A DNA stretch of 64,000 nucleotides from Octopus sinensis (taxonomy: Eukaryota), in contig NC_043002.1 in NCBI RefSeq assembly GCF_006345805.1, positions 80,352,001-80,416,000 of the forward strand, written 5' to 3'. Below, in pieces: positions 38,518 through 53,109 of this stretch. The notes under the pieces are model-generated. The model did not search any database and was not told the origin of the DNA. It saw only the letters and a list, made by a program, of their open reading frames with translations. How positions within the stretch are numbered: position 1 is the first letter of the stretch; each line of letters begins with the position of its first letter. Position numbers and translations under genes: made by a program.

Positions 38518-38700
38518 TTTCAAATTTTGGCACAAAGGGAGTGATTTCGGGGAAAAAATAAGTCGATTACATCGACCCAAGCGTTCAACTAGTATTTATT
38601 TTATTGACATCGGCAGAATCTGAAATCAGAACATAAAGACGGAGGAAATGAACGCTAAGCATTTTGCCTGGTGTGCGAACAATTCTACCAGCTCGCATGT
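38518..38700 (-). mobile_element. SINE-B
   Basis: tttcaaattttggcacaa...tcgattacatcgaccc...ctaagcattttgcc. Confidence 0.75.
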
Positions 38701-38831
38701 TTATAACAGCGAAGATATTACAACCCATTAAACACTATCACATAGTGCAGAACCACTTAGAGTAGCGTCGTTACCATCTCCACTATTATTGCAACACTAG
38801 GAATGCATAGAAGAGAGGTGGGGTTTGAAAT

Positions 38832-38842
38832 ATACATATATG

Positions 38843-38874
<32 letters not shown>

Positions 38875-39145
38875 GTGCGTGCGTGCGTGCGTACTTATCT
38901 GTATGTGTGCGTCTGAATACAGAAAGACAGTTCAATGTAACAAGGCAAGACACAAAGACAGAGCAGCCATCTGAAAGAGTTAATGTCAAATCTGTAAATG
39001 TCAACAGTAAACAGAAGTACAGAAAGTTATGGATATTCCAATTGTATATTGATTGTATGAGTCTTTGTGTCTTGCCTTGTTACATTGAACTGTCTTTCTG
39101 TATTCAGACGCACACATACAGATAAGTACGCACGCACGCACGCAC

Positions 39146-39183
<38 letters not shown>

Positions 39184-39187
39184 GTAT
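38832..39187. repeat. Inverted duplication, ~125 bp arms around a ~100 bp spacer
   Basis: 38891-38959 is the exact reverse complement of 39061-39129; flanking microsatellites are also mirrored. Confidence 0.95.
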
Positions 39188-39224
39188 GTTTTTTATACAC
39201 ACATACAAACATACATACATGGAG

Positions 39225-39255
<31 letters not shown>

Positions 39256-39257
39256 TG

Positions 39258-41036
39258 TACAGGATGCGGTGAATAAATTGTCTTAATTACGCCAAAATAA
39301 AAATAACACTGACATCTCATTTTGACAGATATTGTTACCAAAGTTACATAAGAATATTTTGGAATACCGTAAATCCTCGAGTTTAATCCGGAGTTTTTTC
39401 CGCAAATTTAAAGGTCAAAATCCCTAGTGCATACTATATACGAGGTTAAAAATGAAAAATATTTTCTAAGCAATGTCCGAGTCTCTATTTGCTGTCCGGC
39501 AGTGTTTATTCAGGCGCATTTTGTGATGTCGGGCGCGAAAATACCTTAAGCTAAGCCTGAAAGCAATGAAGTCATAAAAGAATCATCCATAACTTGCAGT
39601 AAATAACATTTCTTAAACGTTATTACTGTTATTTCTTTATTTTCTAAAAACAAAATGCACAAAAAAACTACACGTTTGCATTATGTTATATGTACAATAA
39701 TAATAAAGGACGTTACTGCATACATTTTTACAAACCAAGAACGTTATATATACCTCCTTGACTCAAGTTAGAGAAGGGGTGCGTATTATACACAAAACTT
39801 AGGTTTTTCCGAGGTACAGCCCCCTAAAATTTCCCTGCGTATTATACTCAAGGGCGGGCTATACTCGATGATATACGGTACTAAATAGTAAATGTATTCA
39901 ATAAAATCACAATTGGCTTCAACCACAGTCTCCAGACGACTTCGGAATCTTCTGCAACCCTTCTGAACCGTCGCCTTGTTTAAGTTGGTGAATGCTGCCA
40001 TATTTGCATTCAGTTTATCTTTGGTGTTGCAAAGAGTTTTGTTGGTCCGTCGCACAACTGCGTCCCACACATGATAATCAAGGGGGTTGCAGTTTGGTGA
40101 GTTATATGGCCAGATGTTAGGGGTGGTATGGTCCTACAAATTGTCTGACAGCCATGACTAGGCTCTCCTACCTGTATGGCATGGTGCAGTGTCCTGTTGC
40201 CAGAGATAGGGTTTTCCAGCAGCCACCCGCTTGATCCAGGGCAGCACTATTTCTTTCAGGCACTTCCAGGACTCCGTGTAGAGTCTGAGACCGTGTGGAA
40301 AGATGAATGGAGGCATAACGTCGCCATCACTAGTGATCACTCCAAACACCATGATGTTGTTTGGATGTTTGATTTTTATCACTCTTGGTACATATTTTGG
40401 AAATATGGTAAGCCAATGGTTGCTCTGTGTGTTCACCATTTGATCCTGGCAGAAATTTCCTGGCATGTTCGTTTGGAAAGGAAGCTTTAGTTCGTTCAAA
40501 AGCTTCGTAGCGCGGTCTTTACTCTTGTCCTTGATGGCTTGGGAAAAATTGGCGTTCTCTCATCTTGTATGAGGAATACCGAATGCCTTCATACCTGATA
40601 AGGCATACACTCTCATGTCCCTGGCAGTGGACCTGATTGACTTGAAAATATCATTGTCAATCATGGCCTGGATATATCCAACAAATTCAGGAGTTCTGTT
40701 CTTATCAGAAAGATCAGAGTGAGTTTTCCGAGTAGCTGTACCTTCATAATCACCATTAGACTCATCCAGCTCTTTCAGAATCCTCTGAACTGTCTTCAGA
40801 TTGACATCCAAACACTCTGAAATGTTCGTATTGGAGCTTCCGGCGCGAATACCAAGCAGTACAGCATGTCGTTTGCAAATTTTTGTCTGAGTGAATTGCG
40901 TCATGGTGGTGTTTTTCTCACAGACGGTACCCAACTGACCCTACTATACTGTGTTGTCCACAAAATCGAAAACAAACAGTGCGCATGCGGGAATGTAAAA
41001 TATACTATGACGAGAATTTACCCATCTCACCCTGTC
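39258..41036 (-). mobile_element. Tc1/mariner superfamily, maT (DD37D) element, decayed, with nested MITE
   Basis: N-terminal HTH region (KRHAVLLGIRAG...), KHPNNIMVFGVITSDG, WQQDTAPCH, and PNCNPLDY with 37 residues between the last two catalytic D. Degenerate TIRs near 39260 and 41014-41035. Confidence 0.85.
39367..39878. mobile_element. pogo/Tigger-like MITE with TA target duplication
   Basis: TA|ccgtaaatcctcgag ... ctcgatgatatacgg|TA; same family as 2080-2595. Confidence 0.85.
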
Positions 41037-42419
41037 AAATATATATATATGTACGCGTATATATATATATATATACATACATACATACACGCGCACATAG
41101 CAATATACATATATACATGCACAGGTACATGCACACACATTTACACACACACACACATTTACACACACACACACATATATGGAAAGAGAGAGAGGGGGAG
41201 AAAGAGACAAAAGGAGAGGGATTACAGGTTTTGTTTTATTCTAAGATATCTGATTGGGTAGCAAGTTAAATTAATTATAATGATGACTGAATATTTTTTT
41301 TGAAAATGTCGATTACAATATTCTCTTCGACTCTAAAAACATTCTCAGGTATGTATGTCAGCACCTCCACTTTCTCACTGTAGGGCATATGTAATTTCCA
41401 CTGGTCATATCTTCCCACTTGGTAGAAGTTTGAAAACATATGATACACTCGACAAACATCATTTTTTCTCTTTCAGCTATAAGGAAAATACTTAAACTGT
41501 TGGATAGTCGTTTACATGGTCTCCTCTGCTCACATGATACTTATTTTAACGACCCCAGAGAGATGATAAATGAAGACGACCTCGGTGAATTTTGTCAAAT
41601 AAAAAACCAAAACAAAATGTTACACACCTATGTGCTAAGTCCGAAATACATTACATTATTACTCTGAAAGAAGTCAAGTGTGGATTAGTCTAAAGAGAGA
41701 AATATGCGGGTGAAAGAACAGTATTTAAATCAGATTGAATTAATTTATGAAAACAAATAAAGGTACACATACGAAAAATATTCTAGCCAAAGCAAAGAAA
41801 AATTAAATTAAACAACTTGCAAAAATAAACTTGCTTTACAGTACAAAGAAGCATGATAATTTCGACCACACACGCATACACACAAATGAAAGGCATCAGA
41901 ATAATAAAGAATATAACGAAAATATAAAACTGAACTAAACTGAACTAAACTGACCACGCAAGTTCCCACAGACAACAACTATAGACAAGGAGCAAAGCCA
42001 CAACTAAAAGAAATTCTCTAATCTACCCGGTAAAATAAACAGAGAAATAGCAAAGAATATAACAGATTAATTATAGTCAACTGCATGGGTAGTCGAAAAG
42101 AAATAATACACAGGGAAAAAAAATAACTGACCACAACAAAGGCAATCACCACGGAACAATGGAAACACCACCCTGAAGCTAAGGATAAATAAACAAACGC
42201 AGGAAATAATATCCAAGTACAATCAGAATCTTTAAAAAAAAAAGGTATAAGTAATTCCATAGAAACACACAAGAATAGTGATATGGTTGATAATTTAATT
42301 TACTCAGTAGTCGTTACTGTGTCTAAGGTTATCAGGTTCGATTGTAATATAGATAGTCAGTTTTGTGCTAATCCCTGTGCTAAAGAATAGAAAAAACCCA
42401 AATTAAATACGAAATAAAA

Positions 42420-42867
<448 letters not shown>

Positions 42868-43350
42868 CAAAACAAAAACAAAATTCAGTACATTCCTCTC
42901 TGAATTTAGTGAAAACGAGAATAAATAAATGAATGAAATGCTAAAAGAAATAAGACGTATCGTATTTAGAAAAGGGAGATATCATCGTGAAAATGGAAGG
43001 AAAATGAATATTCTGGTAGATAAATGTCGGACAAAAACAGCTTGAACATGCGAGCACACCTGCAAATAGAAGCAGTGTTTCGAAATGATACTAAAACTTT
43101 ATATGAAGACAATGCAAAACCCGATTTTTAGTTTGACGTGTAAAATATATCTAGTATATTGAGGAGGTCGTTCACAACAGCCATACCATATTGACCAGTA
43201 AAAAGTGTATTAGAATTGAGATTCAGCATTTACTTGAGAAACATAGATATGTATTTGACATATCAGGGAAGAGCTTGGATGAAAGAAATAGTAATCATTA
43301 TAGTTTTCTCTACAATAAATAATAATGATAATAATAAAAATAATATCAAC

Positions 43351-44445
43351 AATGATTTCTACTATTAGCCACAAGGCACCAAGAATGTTGGAGCAAGTAC
43401 AAAGGTGAAATGGAAAATAAAGCAACAAAGACAGAATGTTGCATTTACATTAAGTAAAAGATTACACATGTGAAAGGGGCCAATCACATACATAATTCGG
43501 GACAATCACAAGGAACCCTAAATATTCTGTTACAGCCAGTGCTTACAGTCATACTATAGCTAAGAGTAGGCCCATCCATGTTTGGCCGTTTCGCCGTTTT
43601 CATTCATTCTTCTTTCATAAAATTTCCAGGATAGTAGCACTTCCTTTTCTAATCTTGTCTTCTTGAAGCGTTGCTTGAAGGTCTTCATACGAGCTTCATA
43701 TAGGATGGAATCCATTGTTGATAGGCCTTACCACAGCCTCTGCCACACAACTTCTTTTGCCGCAGATACAAGGCAGGAGAAGCTTATCCGTTTTTTCATG
43801 TTAAAAGAAAGATGGTGGGTAAATCCTCACCGTAGATAGACTCGGTCGACAATCGTCTTCCTTTCGCATGTGCAAACAGCTGTTCAACTTAAATCAGTAC
43901 ACTCAACATGCACGAGATGGATGTTTGCATTGCTATGCACGTATATCCAACAGGCTTAGTAATGCAGGCGATTTTACAATACTATATCCGATTACTTTAT
44001 CTAGAATAAAGTCCTTTTATTGCTGCAAGGCTAAGAAAATTTGTAAATTTTCCATAATCTCTGACTTAAAAGTCCTGCAAAATAGACTATTCAGATTGTA
44101 ACCGTCAACACCCAGATTGTTTTCAGACTAAACTCACTCATATACTATGGTTCAGGCTTCTATAAATATTTACGTTCCATCGACCGCATCACTCCATTTC
44201 ATACAATGGCAATATTTCAATGCCAAAAATCCCAATATTGTTCGACGCTTGACTTAGGAGGGCAGCTCATTAAAGAAGCGGACAACGATATAATGTGACG
44301 CACGAACGGCAGCACATTTTCATGGAAGCTCTACAGATGCGTCTGCCTCAGCCTGTGCCTCAACATCATCAGCCACATCATTCTAAGACTTCCAAAGTGT
44401 GGTTGTTGCTAACATATGGACATACAAACAAGAAGAATCTGGTTC
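43351..44445 (-). mobile_element. L1/Tx1-like ORF2 C-terminal remnant plus 3' UTR
   Basis: Minus-strand pieces LRMMWLMMLRHRLRQTHL...PFVR and KKTRLEKEVLLSWKFYERRM resemble Tx1-clade ORF2 C-termini. Very decayed. Confidence 0.55.
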
Positions 44446-44620
44446 CCCATCACCATCACCACCAAAAAAAAAAAAAAGTTTATGCTCCAGTCATATGTGA
44501 TGTTTTCTAGGGCAACATATAACAATCAAGCGATAATACAAATCTGAGGTGATGTTGACATTACCCGCTTCCACATGAACATTTAGAGAACACTTCTCAG
44601 ACCATTTCCGTATACAACTG

Positions 44621-44832
44621 AAGGCGGTGAGCTGGCAGAGTCGTTAGCACGCCGGGCGAAATGTTTAGTGGTCTTTCGTCTACCGCTACGTTCTGAGTTC
44701 CAATTCCGCCGAGATCGATTTTGCCTTTCACCCTTTCGGGGTTGATAAATTAAGTACCTGTTGAGTACTGGGTCGCTGTAATTGATCTCCCCCTCCCCAA
44801 ATTTTCAGGTTTTTTGCCTATAATGGAAATCA
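44621..44832 (+). mobile_element. SINE-B, full length
   Basis: aaggcggtgagctggcagagtcgttagcacgccgggcg...gttctgagttccaattccgcc...tgcctataatggaaatc. Confidence 0.9.
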
Positions 44833-46086
44833 TTTCTGTATACCATTACTCTGTTCGCGATTTTGCTACATTGAGAGATTTGGCCCGAGCAAGACCTTAA
44901 ATGCCCTAAACGGAAACACATTCTAGTGACAAAATCCACCATTTCTTGTCGACCAGCCATACGGACACCCGAACTGCAAATCCCACAAATTCGTTCCGAT
45001 TGACATTTGGAATTTCTAAAGAATACGCCAACCACCAATTTTCGATATCAAAAACGCCAACACGATATCTTCCTCATATGCTCTCCTGCTTCTCCTATCT
45101 TTCTGCTTGAATTATATGACTCTTAATGCCTGCAACCTCCTCAGGAATTTCTTCAGCGCGAAAATCATGGAGAAAAGACAACAAGAAGTGTCTCTAGTGG
45201 GACATACGCGCGATTCTAAGCAGTAGCGAGCGGTGATCATTTTGTTTGATTCCAAAGAGAGGCATCCGTATATTTTAGCAATGCAGGTAATATAAACAAG
45301 ATCGTACCATCTTGCTAAGTAGCGATATTTGCTCCTACCCTATGCTTGAAGTAGATCTAAATTGGTCATACTTTACTGAAGACAGATCAGGTGCTGTCCT
45401 ATTCCACGATGCATTACATTAAGTAGAGGGAATCGTAGATAGATTTCCCGGATATGCGCACATACATACATCCCCTAATACAATATCGGCGACAAATGCC
45501 AAGTTCTTCGGTAGCACTTTAGTCAACATCATACATTTTGTACTGATATATTTGTTTCAAATTATACCGCAATGTGAGTCAGTTGGTGGATTAAACCGAC
45601 AAAAATACTTAAAAGATACTATATTTAATCAACCATATCCACTCACAAAGCTTGGGTCAGCGCGATGCCATAATAGACCCTTGAACCATGAAAGGCAAAT
45701 TTGACTCCGGTGGCATTTGAACTCATGACGTAGAATCAGGACAATTTTTTTCGAAACTAGAAATTATCTTAATTTTCCACCCAAATTATGAAATTTGTTC
45801 TACAACCACAGCCCATGGTACAACATGGGCTGTTGAGAAAATGTTTGACGATAGATTTCGGCTGACGTAAGCTTGTGAATGTATCTCGTGCACAAAAATG
45901 GTAGAAGCATATCGGACCGACTGTATGTAAAAATTAAACATTCCAGGCTTGTCACATTGTGCTACGCTGATACTGCATGAGAATTGCGTTAACAGAACCA
46001 TGTCGTGTTATACTCAACCACTTCGCATGTTAACTCAATGAGTAGGTAGTTCAATTGATTGGATAACTGGACTTCCGGAGATCAAA

Positions 46087-46149
<63 letters not shown>

Positions 46150-46164
46150 AGTCGTATATATATA

Positions 46165-46199
<35 letters not shown>

Positions 46200-46249
46200 G
46201 TATATTATATATATATATATATGTGCAGATATGACTGTTTGGTAACAAC

Positions 46250-46385
46250 CTAGGTTAGCAGTTACGTGGTTTCGAGTTCAATCTCACTGCGTGGCACTAC
46301 AGGCAATTGTCTTCTATTATGGCATCACTCTGACCCAAGCTTTGTGAGTGGATATGGTGGCCGAAAAATTAAAAAAAGTTTGTCT
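46250..46385 (+). mobile_element. SINE-A 5' part, diverged
   Basis: gagttcaatctcactgcgtggcac...tttgtgagtggat. Confidence 0.65.
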
Positions 46386-46688
46386 TGTGTGTATGTGTGT
46401 GTGTGTGTGTCTGTGTGTGTCTGTGTGTGTCTGTGTGTGCGTTGATTTATTCAGTTAACACTACACCCCAATGACTGAGACAAAGAAAACATTATATACA
46501 TACATGGATATATATAATATAATATAGTGTATACACACACACACACATATGCAACAACACGTACACACTCATGCTTATATACACGTACGTGTTGGTATGT
46601 GTGTCAGTGTGTATTAGTTTGTTGTTTGGTGAGAGAAAATTTTTTATGATAATTATTTAACCAGACAATATATATATATATATACATA

Positions 46689-46734
<46 letters not shown>

Positions 46735-47505
46735 TGTGTGTGTAAGCAAAGCAAAAAAAAATAGCAAAGTAGGCATTTTATAAAATACACACATACGCAA
46801 TCACTATGCACCCAGAGAAACATGTAAATTCAAACTCACTCAGGGAGTGAGAGAGAATCTGAGTGAGAGAGGAAGAGAGAGGGAGTGAGAGCGGGGGGAT
46901 AAGTATTAGATGTGTGTGTGTGTGTGTGTGTGTGCGTATGTGTGTGTGTGTGCGTGTGTGTGAGTGTTCCTTTGTATTCTCCGTTTATTCATTTTGTTTT
47001 CGTACAATCTTTATAAAACGATATTTGTTTTTTAAGAAGAAAACAGAATATGAGTAATTTATATGTACATACATGCGCGTGACGTAGAATATATATACAC
47101 ACTTTTACGTTTATTTGCGGGTATACATATACATATCTGTACGTAATTGTATGTATTTGTTTGTCGACTTGTCAATATGTAAATATCATGAATACTTGTT
47201 AATAACAGATTGCAAAACATACTTAGAAATAAATCAAAGAATCCAGAAGTATATTCTGCTGACAGACACTAAAATCAAAAGTGCTAATATAAAATGGTGC
47301 CAACGTAATTGTTACATGCGGTTTTCCTGTTGTTGTTGCCGTTTTTGTTGTTTATTTTTCCTGAAGAATCTCAACTTGTTTATCTTCTGTTTTTACAACT
47401 CCTGTGTTAAAGAAGTGGTGAAGAGTACATTTCAACTTTTGTTATTAGTATTAAGTATTTAAAGTATTTAACCAAAATACAGTGGACACTAGCTACATGT
47501 ATATA

Positions 47506-47552
<47 letters not shown>

Positions 47553-47559
47553 TACACAA

Positions 47560-48200
47560 GAGTAAGCACATAAATGCGAAACAAGGTGGAAAAGAATAGT
47601 ACACGAATACCAGGTAGAATAATATGATTTATTAAAAAGCAGCAAAAATATATAATTTAGCTACATTTTAATAAAGAATATATATACGGCAATAAGAAAA
47701 TGGAGGGTATCAAGAGGTGATATTCATCAACTTTTAGACATTATATTATGTCTATTTATTTCTTTAAAAAGAAACCAATTATAATAATATACATACATGT
47801 ATAACAGATTATGCTTAACATATATAAAGATACCAGTAATTATTAAGATATATAACATAGAAAGTAGAATAGCTTCTTACAGCTGTTTCAGCCAAGATAT
47901 CATAGTATACCACTTTACTTCCATCCCTTCGGTGAACTGAAGTATTTGGTAGATAAAATTAAGGTACATGGGTGTGCCTCTGGTCTTCGTCAGAGAGTTT
48001 AGAAAGTTCATAAGGTTAAGTTATAAATATATACATAGAAACATCTATACACACTTCTACATATACCTATATAATTTATAAACTTTACAGATGATATGAA
48101 AAAAATTATCGTATTTCTTATTAATATTCGCTTTTTGTGAGAGGGGTGAATATTAGCTCCCATGGAACACTATATAACGAAGCTTTCAATTATAGCATGT
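47560..48200 (-). mobile_element. Probable Penelope-like pLTR remnant
   Basis: Abuts (TA)n; the minus strand contains the hammerhead 3' half gaaacagctgtaag at ~47876-47889. Confidence 0.35.
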
Positions 48201-48415
48201 AAACACTGGATTGAAAAATATTTTTCAATATAAAAGAAATCGAATGCTGCTCGTGGTACACGAACCCTCATCACCTGTAGGCATTGTACCAAAGTAATTC
48301 TTCGAATTCATCCATTTTAGATAGTTTGTTTTTATCAGCGAGACTTGTATGTTGTAGACGTCACAAGAATTTGACATTTTTATTCAAGCGTTTTTCAGAA
48401 CAGTATTAAGATGTA

Positions 48416-48503
<88 letters not shown>

Positions 48504-48506
48504 TAT

Positions 48507-48561
<55 letters not shown>

Positions 48562-48579
48562 ATATATATAATAAACTGA

Positions 48580-48797
48580 CTACGATGTCGTCAGCGAAAC
48601 GGAGGTGAGTGAGGAGCTCGCCATTGATGTTGACACCACCTTGTCAGTCGATGCCTCTGATGACCTGTTCGAGACATGCATGAAAAGTTTTGGGGAGATT
48701 GTATCTCCTTGCTTCACTCCCTTCTCGACCGGCACTCGTATGGGTGTGACAGTAGAGCTATGTCGGTGGTGCATCCGGAATTTGCCTCTCTGAATAT
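48580..48797 (-). mobile_element. RTE-like LINE RT fragment (copy 1)
   Basis: PIRVPVEKGVKQGDTISPKLF...GELLTHLRFADDIV (QG and FADD motifs). Confidence 0.85.
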
Positions 48798-48816
48798 ATC
48801 CCGGCACATATATATA

Positions 48817-48975
48817 TCTGTAAATGTAATATGCGAATATGTGACAATTATTCAGTAGCCACGATAAAACTCCGAGATTCGGAAATTTACGCCGCCATCT
48901 CATCAGTTATCCGGCCATCGGAAAAAGTGCTATAAAAATGGCTACCGAATAATTATCACATGTTACATTTACAGA
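48817..48975. mobile_element. Small TA-flanked MITE (~160 bp); duplicate at 50045-50203
   Basis: TA|tctgtaaatgtaa..tgtgacaattattcagtagcca ... tggctaccgaataattatcacatgttacatttacaga|TA. Confidence 0.75.
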
Positions 48976-49644
48976 TAAATTTGTCTATTTACATAATATC
49001 GAGGTCTCTTTCATTCTTGTGTTGTCTTACCATATTCATCAATATATATACATATAGGATTCCGGGGTCAGTCCCACTGCGTAATACCTTGAGTAAGTGT
49101 CTTCTACTATAGCCTCGGCCCGACCAACGCCTTCTGAATGAATTTGGTAGACGGAAACTGAGTGAAGCCTGTCGTATATATATATGTATATTATGTGTAT
49201 ATGTGTTTATGTATGTATGTATGTGTGTGTATGTGTGTGTGTTTCCGCGTGTGTGTTTGTGGCGTGTGTTCCACCAATACCAAAGCGGTGCTCCAGCATG
49301 GCTGCAGTCAAATTATTGAAACAAGAAAAAAAAATGAATATAAATGTGTATATGTATGTATGTGCGCTTGTGTGTGTACAAAACAGACTATTGTAGAAGT
49401 CTCTTGCCTGGAGTACCGTGCAGTGGGACTGAACTTGACATCACGTGGTTAGAAAGTGAGCTTCTAAACCATACAGCCAAATCATTCACTGGCTTCACCT
49501 GAATATCAGTTGCTCTGATTACAACCTTTTTTTTTTACGTTCTTCTACGTAAATACATCTGTATAAGCAACACACCCCAATTCATAATACGCATACACAC
49601 GCAGATATATAACTAAACATTAATGCAAGCGCGCATGCTTGCAG

Positions 49645-49781
<137 letters not shown>

Positions 49782-49802
49782 ATATATATATATATAAACA
49801 TG

Positions 49803-50023
49803 AGTACGATGTCGTCAGCGAAACGGAGGTGAGTGAGGAGCTCGCCATTGATGTTGACACCACCTTGTCAGTCGATGCCTCTGATGACCTGTTCGAGACA
49901 TGCAGTGAAAAGTTTTGGGGAGATTGTATCTCCTTGCTTCACTCCCTTCTCGACCGGCACTCGTATGGGTGATGACAGTAGAGCTATGTCGGTGGTGCAT
50001 CCGGAATTTGCCTCTCTGAATAT
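49803..50023 (-). mobile_element. RTE-like LINE RT fragment (copy 2)
   Basis: IFREANSGCTTDIALLSSPIRVPVEKGVKQGDTISPKLFTACLEQVIRGID*...HLRFADDIV. Confidence 0.85.
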
Positions 50024-50858
50024 ATCCCGGCACATATATATATATCTGTAAATGTAATATGCGAATATGTGACAATTATTCAGTAGCCACGATAAAACTC
50101 CGAGATTCGGAAATTTACGCCGCCATCTCATCAGTTATCCGGCCATCGGAAAAAGTGCTATAAAAATGGCTACCGAATAATTATCACATGTTACATTTAC
50201 AGATAAATTTGTCTATTTACATAATATCGAGGTCTCTTTCATTCTTGTGTTGTCTTACCATATCATCAATATATATACATATAGGATTCCGGGGTCAGTC
50301 CACTGCGTAATACCTGAGTAAGTGTCTTCTATTATAGCCTCGGCCCGACCAACGCCTTCTGAATGAATTGGTAGACGGACTGAGTGAAGCCTGTCGTATA
50401 TATATATGTATATTATGTGTATATGTGTTTATGTATGTATGTATGTGTGTGTATGTGTGTGTGTTTCCGCGTGTGTTTTGGCGTGTGTTCCACCAATACC
50501 AAAGCGGTGCTCCAGCATGGCTGCAGTCAAATTATTGAAACAAGAAAAAAAAATGATATAAATGTGTATATGTATGTATGTGCGCTTGTGTGTGTACAAA
50601 ACAGACTATTGTAGAAGTCTCTTGCCTGAGTACCGTGCAGTGGGACTGAACTTGACATCACGTGGTTAGAAAGTGAGCTTCTAAATCATACAGCCAAATC
50701 ATTCACTGCTTCACCTGAATATCAGTTGCTCTGATTACAACCTTTTTTTTTTACGTTCTTCTACGTAAATACATCTGTATAAGCACACACACACATTCAT
50801 AGATACGCATACACACGCAGATATATAACTAAACATTAACGCAAGCGCGCATGCTTGC

Positions 50859-50905
<47 letters not shown>

Positions 50906-51090
50906 ATGTGTGTGTGTGCGTGCGAGTGCACGGCCGTGTATGTGTATATTTTAGTGTGCGCGTTCCACTGCGTGTATTAAGATTTTCCAACGGGAAATAT
51001 TCATTTTCTGGCGGAATGCCATTATCAGATGATAACAAACTTCGCAAATATTGCATCAACAGAGGATCCACGAGAATTTTAGAATACGTT

Positions 51091-51142
<52 letters not shown>

Positions 51143-51264
51143 CAGAGATAGAACAAATGAGATCAACATAAGTGATATCCCCATGTAATTAATGAAATCG
51201 TAAAACGAACATGCAATTCGGGATTATCACATCATTGGAGATATAGATTTTAACACTTCTTCAT

Positions 51265-51612
51265 TGCCGTCGTCGTGCTGTCGTTGTCGTGTTTTCGTCG
51301 TGCCGTTGTCGTGTCGTAGCCGTCGTGTTTTCGACCTGTCGTCGTCGTATCGCCGTCGTCGTCGTATCGTGGTCGTCGTCGTATCGTGGTCGTCGTCGTA
51401 TCGTCGTCGTCGTATCGTCGTCGTCGTATCGTCGTCGTCGTATCGTGGTCGTCGTATCGTCGTCGTCGTCGTCGTATCGTGGTCGTCGTCGTATTGCCGT
51501 CGTCGTCGTGTCGTCGTCGTGTTGTCGTCATTATCGTCGTGTTTTCGTCGTGCCGTCGTCATCGTCGTCGTCGTCGTGTCGTCGTCATCTTCTGTTGTCG
51601 TCGTCGTCGTCT
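51265..51612. repeat. (CGT)n-based compound microsatellite
   Basis: Direct inspection; CpG-rich, unlike the surroundings. Confidence 0.9.
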
Positions 51613-53048
51613 ATGTCGTTATTGTTATTTTCTTTGTTGTACTTTCTGTTTATACTATTGTAATCTGTGTTGATCATAGTTAACTTTACCGCTGTTGTTG
51701 CTGTTGCTGTCGTCAAAAATAATGATTCTTTGGTTCTATATTTTTCTAACCGATATTTTTCTTATCATTTCCTTCAGTATAATTTGTTATTTGTTGTTTG
51801 TTTTAATCCGAGATGCTCTGAGCGTGCAGGTCTAGGAGCGTTTTAGCTCTTCTTATTCTTTTATGCATAACCAATGCAGTGTGTCCTTCATTTTCTCGGA
51901 CACTGATATTATCCAGAGGAGGACATTTATATCTCTTTACAAGCATTTTAAGTACTTATATCTGCATTTGATTTGATACTATGCATAATGGTATCATAAT
52001 TTCCCCACATACATCGAAACAGCTGTAAGGATTTAACTATACCGTGTAAATTATGTAGAAGTCATATGAGTGTATTTCCTACAACTATAGTTGTTTGTTC
52101 GCAGTTCATATCATATTTATCTGTATCTCTGTGTCTATGTACATAGGTATATGTATGCATGTGTTTGCGTGTGCGTATGCACGTATATGTATACAATACG
52201 TTTTAAGATATTAAACATCGGCGAAAATCTAGTGCTTTTCTAACGAAGTGTACCCAGTTACGAGAGTTCAGTTTTCACATTTGCACCCACCTCTCGAAAG
52301 CAGTGCATCAAAAACTGTCTCATTGAATACTCGTAGCCAATGACAGTATTGTTAAAAATAAGATTTTAGAACATCAACAAAAATAAAGAAAATTATTAAA
52401 CAACCAAGGTGTCTTCCAACTATTATATTAGTAAATTTAAGCCAGCAACTGACATCAAATTCTTTATCATTTCCTAAAAATCAAAATGACATTTTTAACA
52501 AATATAGAAAGTTGACCTACATTATTTGCCTACATACAATATTAAGAGCAAATATAGGAAAAAGTGCTTTCCACGCGAAAAAAAAAACCTATAGTACTTG
52601 AGAGACCATCTTCAAGCATTCGCCCTGGCCTGATTCGTCGTCGCTGACTCTTAACTATTATTGACACGAAACGGACATCTAATCACATTAACAAACACGT
52701 ACTTGGTCTTCGACGTCAAGATCGCTGCTTGCAAAATACAATATAACAGACGACCCTTTGGGGGAGGATTGTATGCATGCATACTACACGCATACATACA
52801 TGGAAAGATATACATATATGCATGCGTTCATATATACACACACAAATACTCAAGCACACAGACACAGATACACATACACACACATAAGGATTGGCGAATA
52901 TTTGCTTGCAAAGGAAGAGGAAACTATACGATGAAATAGAACTTGTATATTTTGCTAGTAACTGAAATTTCAATAATCGTTACTCCGAGTTTGGCATTGA
53001 CATTTACTGAAACGATGTATACGTGCTCTCGTGTGAGCGGATAGAGAT

Positions 53049-53109
<61 letters not shown>

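Noticed and set aside
41290-41530. Donor (cag|gtatgt) and acceptor (ttttttctctttcag) pair suggesting a small intron
   Set aside because: The joined frame is short and stop-bounded, and it runs into a SINE remnant.
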